DNA of 64,000 nucleotides, from positions 2,016,001-2,080,000 of the forward strand of contig OY776562.1 of assembly GCA_963675785.1 (NCBI GenBank), read 5' to 3'. The stretch comes from Anaerolineae bacterium (GTDB lineage: Bacteria > Chloroflexota > Anaerolineae > UBA1429). How positions within the stretch are numbered: the first letter of the stretch is position 1; the number at the start of each line of letters is the position of its first letter. A model generated the notes under the pieces. The model searched no databases, was not told the origin of the DNA, and saw only the letters and a program-made list of their open reading frames with translations. Below are positions 1-10,070 of this stretch, in pieces. The position numbers were made by a program, and so were the translations under genes.

Positions 1-46
1 CGGCCCGGTTGGCACGGGGCTGAATTTTACCTGGTACTAGTACCCG

Positions 47-75
47 TTGACCCTCTTGGGGCAACCCTCTATAAT
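47..75 (+). promoter_or_regulatory. sigma70-type promoter for the udk-glycosyltransferase operon
   Basis: TTGACC (47-52), 17-bp spacer, TATAAT (70-75). Confidence 0.75.
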
Positions 76-165
76 GACAGCGTTGAAAACACTGGGGCCT
101 GTTCTGGCAGGCCCCGCTTTCTGCCAATAATCAGCGGCGATAAGCAGCCTGTGCTATTGAGGTGA

Positions 166-810
166 TTGCCTGTGCAAGCGTTCGAACGCCCCATCCTGGT
201 GATCGGTGTGGCCGGCGGAACCGGTGCCGGAAAGACGACGATCTCCCACACTATCCTCGATCGTGTGGGGGCTGACCGCATCGCCTATATCCAACACGAT
301 TCTTATTACCGCGACCTCGGCCATTTGACGATGGACGAGCGTAAAACACGCAATTTTGACCATCCCGACTCTTTAGAGAACGAGTTACTCATCGAGCACT
401 TGCTCGCCCTGCGTGCAGGCAAATGCGTCGACGTGCCTACCTATGATTTTCTCACCTACACGCGACGGTCAGAAACCGAATGCCTCTGCCCACAACCTAT
501 CATCCTTGTCGAGGGCATTCTCGTATTTGCGGACCGCGCGCTGCGCGAGTTGATGGACATCAAGATCTATGTCGATGCCGACGCTGATGTACGCCTCATC
601 CGCCGCCTGGAACGTGATATCGTCGAACGAGGGCGATCGTTCAACTCGGTCATTAGCCAGTATTTGAACACGGTGCGCCCCATGCATCTTGAGTTCGTTG
701 AACCCAGCAAGCGCTATGCCGACATCATCGTGCCCGAAGGAGGTCGGAACACCGTGGCGCTGGATATGATTTGCGCGCGCATCATCACCCTCTTGGATGG
801 AGGAGCCTAA
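166..810 (+). CDS. udk: uridine kinase
   Basis: P-loop GGTGAGKTT, DSYY, NFDHP, EGIL, RDIVERGR, FVEPSKRYADII; RBS GAGGTG just upstream (start may be GTG 172). Confidence 0.93.
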   Translation: MPVQAFERPILVIGVAGGTGAGKTTISHTILDRVGADRIAYIQHDSYYRDLGHLTMDERKTRNFDHPDSLENELLIEHLLALRAGKCVDVPTYDFLTYTRRSETECLCPQPIILVEGILVFADRALRELMDIKIYVDADADVRLIRRLERDIVERGRSFNSVISQYLNTVRPMHLEFVEPSKRYADIIVPEGGRNTVALDMICARIITLLDGGA

Positions 811-811
811 A

Positions 812-1951
812 GTGCAGCGGGTGCTCTTTGTTGACCACGCAACTGTGCTTGGCGGCGCCGAGCACAGCCTGCTGCTGCTCCTCAAATACCTAAACCGCGA
901 TCTGATTGAACCCCTTTTGGCGTGCCCGCCCGGCAAACTGGCCGAAAAAGCCCGAGAAGAGCACATCGCCGTCGAATGTATGGAGCTGCCTCGCCTAAGG
1001 CGATCGGCATTGTCCCCGTGGCACCTGTTGCATGGAGCACGGCAATTGGCTCGTTTGGCCCAAAATCAGCATTGCGACTTGGTGTGCAGTAATACCATGC
1101 GTGCCTCTATCTATGCGGCCGCTGCCGCACAGTTTGCCCACAAGCCCTTGCTCTGGTATGTGCGCGATGTCTTTTCTCCCGGGCACTATGTGAGTGCAAT
1201 GACACACCGTGCCGCAAGTATTATCGCCGTTTCGCAGGCTGCGGCAGCCCCTCTGCGAGCAGCGGGGGCTGAGGTTCATGTTATTTACAATGGTATTGAG
1301 TTGGACGCCTTTGGAAGATCATCGGACGTCAGTGTACGCTCAAAATGGGGAATCCCTGCCTACGCCCGTGTGGCGGGCATTGTAGGTCGGGTACGCAATA
1401 TCAAGGGGCAGCATCACTTTATCGAGGCCATCGCCCGCGCCCATCCGCAGAATGGCCATATCTGGGGGGTCATCATCGGCGGCACCCTGTTTGAAGGTGA
1501 AGAAGACTATGTCCCGTCGCTGCACAAGTTAGCCGAACAGCGCGGCGTTCAAGATAGAATCGTTTTTGCTGGCCACACTGATGACGTTCCCCACGCACTG
1601 CTGGGATTGGACATGCTCGTCTCCTGCTCCATCGAACCCGAATCCTTTGGCCGCACTGTGATTGAAGGGATGGCTGGAGGGTTGCCAGTTATCGCTTACA
1701 GCCACGGCGGCCCTTCAGAACTGATTACGGATGGGTGGGATGGCTGGTTGGTAGAGCCACGCAACATCGGTGCCTTGGCTGAGCGAATCGCCCTGCTGGC
1801 CAATGATGCCGAACGCTGCCAAGCTATGGGTGCAAGCGCCCTTGAAACGGCAAAAAAGTATGATATCGGGCCGCTTACCCGGCAAGTGGAAAGAGTCATC
1901 CTGTCCACAATTAATGAGGCGAACCACGAGGAAGTAACGCCATGCGCATAG
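812..1951 (+). CDS. glycosyltransferase family 4 (GT-B)
   Basis: GGAE N-terminal motif, IYNG, KG, ESFGRTVIEGM (ExFG-x4-E); GTG at 812 follows RBS GGAGGAG (ORF track starts at 797). Confidence 0.88.
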   Translation: MQRVLFVDHATVLGGAEHSLLLLLKYLNRDLIEPLLACPPGKLAEKAREEHIAVECMELPRLRRSALSPWHLLHGARQLARLAQNQHCDLVCSNTMRASIYAAAAAQFAHKPLLWYVRDVFSPGHYVSAMTHRAASIIAVSQAAAAPLRAAGAEVHVIYNGIELDAFGRSSDVSVRSKWGIPAYARVAGIVGRVRNIKGQHHFIEAIARAHPQNGHIWGVIIGGTLFEGEEDYVPSLHKLAEQRGVQDRIVFAGHTDDVPHALLGLDMLVSCSIEPESFGRTVIEGMAGGLPVIAYSHGGPSELITDGWDGWLVEPRNIGALAERIALLANDAERCQAMGASALETAKKYDIGPLTRQVERVILSTINEANHEEVTPCA

Positions 1952-3045
1952 GCTTTGATGGGCGCTGCATTCAGGATCATTTCCCGGGTATTGGTCGCTA
2001 TGCCTATAATTTGATCGAGGCCATGACACGCCTTGACCGGGAAGATACCTTTACTGTCTTTGAGGCGGAGGGGGCTGTCAATTCGCGTTTCGATCTTTCC
2101 GCTCTGGCAGAACGCGCCAATGTGCAGCTCGTGCCTGTTTCCTGTTCGTACTTTGGGATCAAACAACACGTCATCATGCCCAGGCTGGCTCATCAATTCG
2201 GTTTCGAGCTGTACCACAGTCCCTATTACATGCGTCCTCTGAATATGCCCTGCTCTGTTGTAACTACCCTGCACGATATTATTCCGCTAGTGGTTCAGGA
2301 TGCTGAACCCAATGTTATGAAAAAAAGTATCTATCGCCAGTGTGTACGAACTGCACTCAAGCGTTCGCAAGAAATTATTGTAGATTCGGCAGCGACACAA
2401 CGTGACGTATTGGCCCAATTTGGTGTTACAAAGAACAAAATAACCATTATCCCACTAGCGGCCGATGTTGCTACCGATGATGCGCCAGAGAGACTGGCTC
2501 GACCTGCCAGCATTGAACGGCCCTTTGTGCTGGCCGTGGGCACAAACAAACCTCACAAGGGGTTGGGGGACCTGGTCAAAGCCTGGCAAACGCTGCCCTC
2601 CTCGTTGCGAGATGCCTACCAGTTGGTGCTGGCCGGGCCGCGCCTACCGGGAGAGAGCGCTCTGCCATCTGGAGAAGCAACGAATTCCATCGTCGAAACA
2701 GGAGCCGTATCAGAAGCAATACTAGATTGGCTCTATGAACATGCCGAGTTGTTTGTCTTTCCCTCATATTATGAGGGATTTGGCCTGCCAGTGTTGGAAG
2801 CCATGATCCACAGCACACCTGTACTGGCTCGGGAAAATGTCACTTCGCGCGAAGTGGCCAGCGATGCTGCCGCTTATTTTACTGGGGATGCATTGGCTTT
2901 GAGCATCGAATCGCTAATGCTAGACGAAGCCCAGCGGTACGCCTTGGCCCAAGCAGGAAGAGAACGCGCCCGGCAATTCAGCTGGGAAGAAACAGCCAGA
3001 CGGACATTGGATGTTTACAGACGGGCGGTAATCACCTTTACATGA
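1942..3045 (+). CDS. glycosyltransferase family 4 (MtfB/WbaZ-like mannosyltransferase type)
   Basis: GIGRY, TLHD, HKG, FPSYYEGFGLPVLEAM, FSWEETA. Confidence 0.88.
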   Translation: MRIGFDGRCIQDHFPGIGRYAYNLIEAMTRLDREDTFTVFEAEGAVNSRFDLSALAERANVQLVPVSCSYFGIKQHVIMPRLAHQFGFELYHSPYYMRPLNMPCSVVTTLHDIIPLVVQDAEPNVMKKSIYRQCVRTALKRSQEIIVDSAATQRDVLAQFGVTKNKITIIPLAADVATDDAPERLARPASIERPFVLAVGTNKPHKGLGDLVKAWQTLPSSLRDAYQLVLAGPRLPGESALPSGEATNSIVETGAVSEAILDWLYEHAELFVFPSYYEGFGLPVLEAMIHSTPVLARENVTSREVASDAAAYFTGDALALSIESLMLDEAQRYALAQAGRERARQFSWEETARRTLDVYRRAVITFT

Positions 3046-4160
3046 AGATTCTGCATGTCTATAAGGACTATGCTATTGCAGGCGGCATAGAAAACCACAT
3101 ACGCCTGGTGGCAGAACGGCAAGTTGCCGCCGGTCATGACGTTACTGTGTTAGTCACCAACGACAATCGACATACTGTGAGAGAGGTCTTGAACGGCGTT
3201 AAGGTGATCAAAGCAGGACGCCTCGTCAAGATCGCATCCACGCCGATCAGCACGGCTATTTGCCGAGAGATAAACCGACAACACCCGGATATCACCCACT
3301 TGCACTTTCCCTACCCCGTTGGCGAAACGGCCAGTCTGTTTTGCGGTCATGGCCCCACCGTCATGACTTACCATAGCGATGTCATTCGCCAGAAACGCTT
3401 CTTGGCTCTGTATAAACCTTTGATGATGCGTGTCCTCACCAAAGCCGAATACTTGATAGCAACCAGCCCGCAATACATTGAGAGTTCACCAGTACTCAGC
3501 CAGATGCAAGCTAAATGTGTTGCCATACCCCTGTGCATCGAGACCACGCGATTCCGTGCGCCCCATCCCCAAGCAACGATTCTGCGCCAAGACTGGGCGG
3601 GCTCACCCACTATACTGTTCGTTGGTCTGCTGCGCTATTACAAGGGACTAGAATATCTCCTCCAAGCTATGTGCGAGGTAGATGCACGACTGGTCATCGT
3701 AGGCGTGGGAGATCTGGAAGGCGAGCTAAAAACGCTAACCCACAATCTGCGCTTGGAAGACAAAGTGACCTTTGCCGGCGAAATCAGCGACGCACTGTTG
3801 CCGGCCTATTATCAAGCAGCCGACATCTTTTGTTTGCCCGCCTGCGCGCGTAGCGAGGCTTTTGGCATTGTGCAACTGGAAGCGCTCGCCGCTGGTTTGC
3901 CCATTGTCAGCACAGAACTGGGCACCGGTACGAGTTATGTCAATAAGCATGACGTGTCGGGCCTAGTGGTTGCGCCGCGTGATTCGGCAGCATTGGCGCG
4001 CGCACTGCAACAATTGGTGCAAAACAAAGAGCAGCGCCGACGCCTGGCCAGCGGCGCTGCTCTACGCTCTGACGAATTTGATGTCAATATCATGATGCAG
4101 CGTATCGATGATGTCTATCACCAAGCACTGGCCCAATGGGCCAAGCCCACAGCCCCTTAA
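3042..4160 (+). CDS. glycosyltransferase family 4 (WfcD-like)
   Basis: GGIE, HLHFPYP, TYHSD, YYKG, RSEAFGIVQLEA. Confidence 0.88.
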   Translation: MKILHVYKDYAIAGGIENHIRLVAERQVAAGHDVTVLVTNDNRHTVREVLNGVKVIKAGRLVKIASTPISTAICREINRQHPDITHLHFPYPVGETASLFCGHGPTVMTYHSDVIRQKRFLALYKPLMMRVLTKAEYLIATSPQYIESSPVLSQMQAKCVAIPLCIETTRFRAPHPQATILRQDWAGSPTILFVGLLRYYKGLEYLLQAMCEVDARLVIVGVGDLEGELKTLTHNLRLEDKVTFAGEISDALLPAYYQAADIFCLPACARSEAFGIVQLEALAAGLPIVSTELGTGTSYVNKHDVSGLVVAPRDSAALARALQQLVQNKEQRRRLASGAALRSDEFDVNIMMQRIDDVYHQALAQWAKPTAP

Positions 4161-4184
4161 CCCAGATCCCAACAAACCCGGAGA

Positions 4185-7100
4185 ATGCGAATGAAAACCC
4201 GTATCAGCGCCTTTTGCGATACTATCCTTGAAGCAGGATGGTTGCTAGCACTCGTGCTGGTGCCGCTATTTTTTAACTTGTTCTCCAGTCGCGTATTCGA
4301 GCCGGACAAAATCGCCCTTCTTCGCTCTATTGCCACATTGATGGCTGTGGCCTTGCTAACCAAATGGATTGAAGAGACAGAAAAGGGTTCGCTACGCAAG
4401 CGCCTGGCTAGCACAGTGCGCAAACCGCTGGTTTTACCTGCCCTATTGATAGCTATTGCCTACTTGGTGGCAACCGTATTCTCGGTATCACCACGTATCA
4501 GTTTGTGGGGGTCTTATCAGCGGCTGCAGGGAACCTACACCTGGTTCAGTTATTTGGTCATATTCGCTTCGCTGCTGACCAGCCTACGCAAACGCGAACA
4601 GCTCGACCGATTGCTGAATACTATTATTCTGGCCAGCCTGCCAGTGGCGCTATATGGTATTGTTCAACACTATCAGCTCGATCCTCTGCCCTGGGGCGGC
4701 GATGTGACCTACCGCGTGGCAGCCAACATGGGTAACGCCATCTTTGTGGCTGCCTACCTAATCATGGCCATCCCGCTCACCCTCAGCCGAATGATGGCCT
4801 TGAACCAGGAAAATGCTGCTGATACCCCCACTTTCAAGTTTTTGCGCCTCACCACCCTGCTGCTCGTAGCGGTACAAACGATCATCTGGTCGGTAGGCGG
4901 TTTTTGGTGGGGCCTGTTTGGCGGGCTGGCTGGCATCATCGTCTGTTGGTTCATCGCCGAACGGCGTAGTTTGCCAACAGCAACACTGTTGCTCATTGGC
5001 GCTTTTAGTTGGACATTATCGGCTCAGCTCACCTGCGTGTTCTATTCTCAAAGCCGCGGCCCCTGGTTGGGTCTGGTTGCCGGATTGGCTCTATTCACCC
5101 TGCTGTTGGCTCACACCAAAGGCTGGCGCAAGGGACTCTACATTGTGCTGGCCGTAACCCTACTGCTGGGCAGTGTGCTTGGCTGGTTGAACCTCTCTCA
5201 AAGCGCTCTAGCCGAACGCATCCGTGAGGTACCTTATGTGGGCCGCCTTGGTGAACTGTTGTCAGTGGAGAGCGGAACGGGCAAAGTGCGCGTCTTGATT
5301 TGGGAGGGCGCCGTAGAGATGGTTTTTGACGACCCGATGCGCACGCTGGTGGGATACGGGCCTGAAACCATGTACGTCGCCTATCCACCCTTTTACAATC
5401 CCGATCTTGCCCACTATGAATCGCGTAATGCCACGCCCGATCGCTCGCATAACGAAATGTTCGATGCCCTGATCACCACAGGGTTGGTTGGCTTTGCGGC
5501 TTATATCCTGCTCTTTATGAGCGTCTTTTATGTGGCGCTCAAGTGGTTGGGCCTAGTGCCAGACAAAAAGCGCCGCAATCTGCTCATCACCCTGCTGTGC
5601 GCCAGCGGTGCCCTGGGCATCGCGCTTCCCCTGCTCATCGATGGCAGCCTGCGCTACATGGGCGTGGGGGTACCCCTTGCCCTGTTGGCGGGAATCGGCA
5701 TTTATGTGCTGATCGTCACCTTGAAGAAAACCCAAGTCGAACAGCCCGTATCTCTAGACTCCTGGCACGTAACCCTGATCATCGGTATTCTCGCGGCTAT
5801 CACAGCTCACTGGGTAGAGATTCACCTAGGCATCGCCATCGTCTCCACGCGTATCATGTTCTGGGCGCTAGCCGGTGTGTTGGTTGCCGTGGGAACAGGG
5901 TCTATTACCGAAGCGCAGGTCATGCCTACACCCAGGGCCAAGGCCAGAGCACGCAAAAGCTCCCATCGCGAGCAAGAACACAATGGTGGTGTATTGGCCG
6001 GCATATTGAGCGGCGCCATTGGCTGCATATTGATTTGGGATTATGTCACCAACCCAGACGGGCTCTCTGATCCCATCTCGGTGCTGTGGCAATCGTTTAC
6101 GACCATGACAGCTAGCCAGCAGCCTGAAGTGACGAACCTCGCCATTCTGGGTCTTATCATTGTCAGTGTTTGCACTGCTATTCTCGTTCTGGTGGCACAG
6201 GCGAAAGCACAAAAGAACGTACTTCAGGCTAGTTGGGGTAAGAGCCTGGGCACAGCGGCGGCTATCGCCCTGATTGTCATGCTCGCTTATGGCTTGCTGC
6301 ACGCCTCCAGCCTAGATACGCGCGAATCGCTGCATAACCTCATTTATGGCTTTGCCGCGCTAATGCTGGGCTTTTGGATATTGCTCGCCGCGGCACTCTG
6401 GAACAAGAACGAAAAACTACAAACAACAAGCAGGTCCGCTTTATCCTATATCAGCATTCCCTTGCTGATAGGCGCGCTGTTCTTTTGCAGTAGCCAGAAC
6501 CTGTCCAATATCAAAGCTGATGTCATCTACAAAGAAGGCTTACGCTATGATTCGGCAGAACTTTGGGAAGAGGCAGCTGGCATTTACGCCGAGGCCATAG
6601 AGCTGAACCCAATCGAGGACTACTATATGCTGTTCGAGGGTCGGGCTCTGTTGCAGATAGCTACTGAGGCAACAGATTCGGCGACTCGGGAGAGCTATTT
6701 CACGCAAGCATTGGCTTCTCTACAAAATGCGACCGATACGGCGCCGTTGAACCCGGATCATGCAGCCAATATCGCACGGCTTTACTCCCGCTGGGCTGCG
6801 GTGACCACGGATTCTGAGTTGCTGCAAGAAAGGCGAGGATTATCCGTTCAATACTATGAAAAAGCCTCCGAGCTCAGCCCCAATAATGTGGGCCTGCTGA
6901 ATGAGTGGGCCATTGCCCTGGCCGAACTAGAACGTTATGACGAAGCCATGGCATTGCTTGACCATTCATTGGCGCTCGACCCTATCTACACCGAGACTTA
7001 TCAGGCTATCGGTGAGCTGTACTACCGTCAACAGGCCTGGAGCGAAGCCCTAAGCTATTATGAACAAGCCGCCAGCGGAGATGAAACGAATGCAGCACTG

Positions 7101-7559
7101 GTGACAGCTGTGGCCCATTGCTATGCCAACTTGGAACAGTGGGAGACGGCTACCGAGTGGTATTCTCGTACGGTCGAACTCTCACCCGAATCGGCCCAGG
7201 CTTGGCTCTATCTGGGCAACAGTCAGGAGAATGCTGGCGATCTGCAAGGAGCAGAAGCTTCGTACCTGCAGGCGAATACGCTGGCATCTGGCTCTGAGAC
7301 TGTGCTGCGAAGACTCGTTTCCACTAGCATCCAACTAAATGATCTGACCACTGCAGAATCGGCACTGTTGCAGCTGGCGGCAGTGGTACCTGATGACTGG
7401 ACCGTATATCACGATCTAGCCATCGTTTACAGCGAACAAGGGCGAATCGATGAGGCCCTGGCCCAAATCGATACAGCCCTCTCATTAGCCTCAGGATCAG
7501 ACTTGGAACGCCTTCAAACGCTCCAGAGCGAGATACTAGTCCAGGAGGATACCCCATGA
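4185..7559 (+). CDS. O-antigen ligase (Wzy_C)-family polytopic membrane protein with C-terminal TPR array
   Basis: Many TM segments; SQSRGPWLG, R-x-x-IW, GYGPET, DRSHNE ligase motifs; about 340 aa of TPR-like helical repeats at the C-terminus. Confidence 0.85.
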   Translation: MRMKTRISAFCDTILEAGWLLALVLVPLFFNLFSSRVFEPDKIALLRSIATLMAVALLTKWIEETEKGSLRKRLASTVRKPLVLPALLIAIAYLVATVFSVSPRISLWGSYQRLQGTYTWFSYLVIFASLLTSLRKREQLDRLLNTIILASLPVALYGIVQHYQLDPLPWGGDVTYRVAANMGNAIFVAAYLIMAIPLTLSRMMALNQENAADTPTFKFLRLTTLLLVAVQTIIWSVGGFWWGLFGGLAGIIVCWFIAERRSLPTATLLLIGAFSWTLSAQLTCVFYSQSRGPWLGLVAGLALFTLLLAHTKGWRKGLYIVLAVTLLLGSVLGWLNLSQSALAERIREVPYVGRLGELLSVESGTGKVRVLIWEGAVEMVFDDPMRTLVGYGPETMYVAYPPFYNPDLAHYESRNATPDRSHNEMFDALITTGLVGFAAYILLFMSVFYVALKWLGLVPDKKRRNLLITLLCASGALGIALPLLIDGSLRYMGVGVPLALLAGIGIYVLIVTLKKTQVEQPVSLDSWHVTLIIGILAAITAHWVEIHLGIAIVSTRIMFWALAGVLVAVGTGSITEAQVMPTPRAKARARKSSHREQEHNGGVLAGILSGAIGCILIWDYVTNPDGLSDPISVLWQSFTTMTASQQPEVTNLAILGLIIVSVCTAILVLVAQAKAQKNVLQASWGKSLGTAAAIALIVMLAYGLLHASSLDTRESLHNLIYGFAALMLGFWILLAAALWNKNEKLQTTSRSALSYISIPLLIGALFFCSSQNLSNIKADVIYKEGLRYDSAELWEEAAGIYAEAIELNPIEDYYMLFEGRALLQIATEATDSATRESYFTQALASLQNATDTAPLNPDHAANIARLYSRWAAVTTDSELLQERRGLSVQYYEKASELSPNNVGLLNEWAIALAELERYDEAMALLDHSLALDPIYTETYQAIGELYYRQQAWSEALSYYEQAASGDETNAALVTAVAHCYANLEQWETATEWYSRTVELSPESAQAWLYLGNSQENAGDLQGAEASYLQANTLASGSETVLRRLVSTSIQLNDLTTAESALLQLAAVVPDDWTVYHDLAIVYSEQGRIDEALAQIDTALSLASGSDLERLQTLQSEILVQEDTP

Positions 7560-8656
7560 GCCAGCCCCATTATGCGCTTGTGCTAATCGCTGCTCTAGCC
7601 TTTGCATTAACAGCCACGCCACTCTTTCGGCGCTTGGCCGTCAGGATAAATTTTGTAGACCAACCCAACGCCCGTAAACTGCATAATCAACCCATTCCAC
7701 TCATGGGGGGACTGGCCATTTACGGTGGCATTGCCATCGCCCTCTTTGTGTTCGGTGAGGCCTTTTATGTGCGCGAATTGGCTGGTATTGCCATCGGTGC
7801 AACGCTTTGCGCCGCCGTCGGCCTATGGGATGACCGCAATGGGATGCGTGCCAGTGTAAAGATGGCCTTTCAGTTGGGGGCAGCCATCATCCTGGTGGTT
7901 TCCGGCGTGCAGGTTCAGCTGTTTGCCTGGCAACCTCTCAACTGGCTGTTGACCATCCTCTGGACGGTGGGCATCACTAATGCGCTCAACTTGCTGGATA
8001 ATATGGATGGACTTTCCAGCAGCATTTGCATTGTCGCGGCCACTTACATGCTGCTGCTGGCTGCGCTCAGTGGTCAATACCTAGTTGGTCTGATGTGTGC
8101 TTCTCTGGTAGGCGCCTGCATAGGCTTTTTGGTGTACAATGCACCACCGGCTTCTATATTCATGGGCGATGCAGGCAGCCTGCTACTGGGCTTTATGCTC
8201 TCTGCAGCCGCCATTAAGCTGCGTTTCCCTGCCAATATAACTCTGGTTACCTGGATGATCCCCCTTTTCGTACTGGGCATCCCGATCTTTGATACGACCT
8301 TGGTGATCATCTCGCGCACCCGGCGAGGCCTAAACCCACTCACTCACCCAGGAAAAGATCATGTATCACATCGGCTAGTGCGTATGGGTTATACCAAACG
8401 TGAAGCCGTACTCAGTTTGTGCCTTGCAGGTGGTGCACTCGGCATAGCCGCGGTTTACATTAGCCAGGCGGCGCCACTAGAAGCCTACATCATCGGAGCA
8501 GTGGCTTTGGCCGCTGCTGTTTGGATGCTGTATCGCCTGCTCAAGCTAGACAATCAGAATACAGCAGTTTCAAAGACACCCGTCGGAGAAGGAAATGAGC
8601 AACAAGCGCGACAAGATGCAACGCCAGCGTCAGGTCAACAAAGCCCGCAAGGGTAA
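7556..8656 (+). CDS. undecaprenyl-phosphate GlcNAc-1-phosphate transferase (WecA/TagO, MraY-like)
   Basis: [36 protein letters not shown]. Confidence 0.9.
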   Translation: MSQPHYALVLIAALAFALTATPLFRRLAVRINFVDQPNARKLHNQPIPLMGGLAIYGGIAIALFVFGEAFYVRELAGIAIGATLCAAVGLWDDRNGMRASVKMAFQLGAAIILVVSGVQVQLFAWQPLNWLLTILWTVGITNALNLLDNMDGLSSSICIVAATYMLLLAALSGQYLVGLMCASLVGACIGFLVYNAPPASIFMGDAGSLLLGFMLSAAAIKLRFPANITLVTWMIPLFVLGIPIFDTTLVIISRTRRGLNPLTHPGKDHVSHRLVRMGYTKREAVLSLCLAGGALGIAAVYISQAAPLEAYIIGAVALAAAVWMLYRLLKLDNQNTAVSKTPVGEGNEQQARQDATPASGQQSPQG

Positions 8657-9398
8657 CAGCAGCACCAGTTCTCACAGAACCAACAAAAAGCCAGTGATTC
8701 AGGAAAAGAAAAAGGCTATCAGTGATTTGTGGATTGCCATTATCGTGGTGGCTATTCTGGTGACGGCTATGCTCTTGATTTATCATTATGCCAACAAAGA
8801 TTCGGATGCTTCTATCGTGGTGGAGACGCCGACGATTACCGGTACGGCGACACCGACGACAGAGGCTACGCAGGAGAGCGACGACGTGAGTTTGATGCAG
8901 TGGGACAGTGCTCCCGATATGATCATCGACACTTCCAAGGACTATCAGGCCATCATCAAAACGGCCAAGGGCGACATTACCATCGAATTAGCCGACGACC
9001 TAGCCCCCATCACGGTGAACAACTTTGTTTTCCTGGCACGGCAGGGCTATTACGACGGGGTTACCTTTCATAGAGTCATTGAGGGGTTCATGGCTCAAAC
9101 GGGTGATCCCACTGGCACTGGAACTGGCGGACCCGGCTATACCATTCCTGATGAGTTCAGCGACGAGCTGCGACATGACGCTGCTGGCATCGTCTCCATG
9201 GCTAACACAGGCTATGCCGACACTGGCGGAAGCCAATTCTTTATTACTTATTCTGCCCAATCTCACCTGGATGATGTACACTCTGTCTTTGGACATGTCA
9301 TTGACGGCATGGATGTGCTGGAAAGCCTGACTTTACGTGTCCCCGGTGATGAGATTCAAGGGGATGTAATCGAAACCATCGAGATCATCGAAAGCTAG
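8595..9398 (+). CDS. membrane-anchored cyclophilin-type peptidyl-prolyl isomerase
   Basis: [31 protein letters not shown]; basic N-terminus, one TM helix, Thr-rich linker. Confidence 0.9.
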   Translation: MSNKRDKMQRQRQVNKARKGNSSTSSHRTNKKPVIQEKKKAISDLWIAIIVVAILVTAMLLIYHYANKDSDASIVVETPTITGTATPTTEATQESDDVSLMQWDSAPDMIIDTSKDYQAIIKTAKGDITIELADDLAPITVNNFVFLARQGYYDGVTFHRVIEGFMAQTGDPTGTGTGGPGYTIPDEFSDELRHDAAGIVSMANTGYADTGGSQFFITYSAQSHLDDVHSVFGHVIDGMDVLESLTLRVPGDEIQGDVIETIEIIES

Positions 9399-9401
9399 TT
9401 G

Positions 9402-9971
9402 ATGACTGAGGCCGAGCCCCGGCAGGGCTTTTGGAAGCACTATGGAACGCGCATTCTGGCGATCGCGTTCTCGGTAGCAATAACCGTCGTAGTTGTGCTG
9501 AATGCTGATCGTATGCAAGAGATGCAGCGATTGGGCTACTTGGGCGTGTTTATTGTTGCCCTGGCTGGTAATGCGACCGTAGTGCTGCCTGTGCCCAGCA
9601 TGGCTATGACCTTTGCCAGCGGTTCGGTGTTGAATCCCTGGTTAGTGGGGGTAGTAGCCGGCCTGGGGGAGCCCCTTGGTGAACTGACGGGGTATTTGGC
9701 CGGTTATGGTGGAAGCGCCATCATCGAAGAAAGTGCTCGGTATCAGCGCATCAAAGCAAGCCTGGAAAAGCACGCCTTTTTGACACTGTTCATTCTCTCA
9801 GCCATTCCTAATCCTTTGTTCGATCTGGCAGGCATGGCTGCAGGCGTACTGCATTATCCGGTGTACAAGTTCCTCATAGCTTGTTGGTTGGGTAAAACGC
9901 TCAAGGCCTTGACTGTAGCTTTTATCGGCTCTATCTCATTGGGGGCAGTCCAACAGATCTTTGGCCTTTAG
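9402..9971 (+). CDS. VTT-domain (DedA/YqaA family) membrane protein
   Basis: GELTGYLAG, IPNPLFDLAG, GK motif; hydrophobic. Confidence 0.82.
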   Translation: MTEAEPRQGFWKHYGTRILAIAFSVAITVVVVLNADRMQEMQRLGYLGVFIVALAGNATVVLPVPSMAMTFASGSVLNPWLVGVVAGLGEPLGELTGYLAGYGGSAIIEESARYQRIKASLEKHAFLTLFILSAIPNPLFDLAGMAAGVLHYPVYKFLIACWLGKTLKALTVAFIGSISLGAVQQIFGL

Positions 9972-9983
9972 CAGGAATCAAAC

Positions 9984-10032
9984 AAAAAGCAGGGAAGGAT
10001 GCAAGAGCATTAGATCCTTCCCTGCTTTTTTT
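9984..10032. terminator. bidirectional intrinsic terminator
   Basis: AAAAAGCAGGGAAGGAT...ATCCTTCCCTGCTTTTTTT between convergent genes. Confidence 0.85.
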
Positions 10033-10070
10033 GCCAAACCAAAGTCAACCGGATTTTGGTTGGAATCCCT

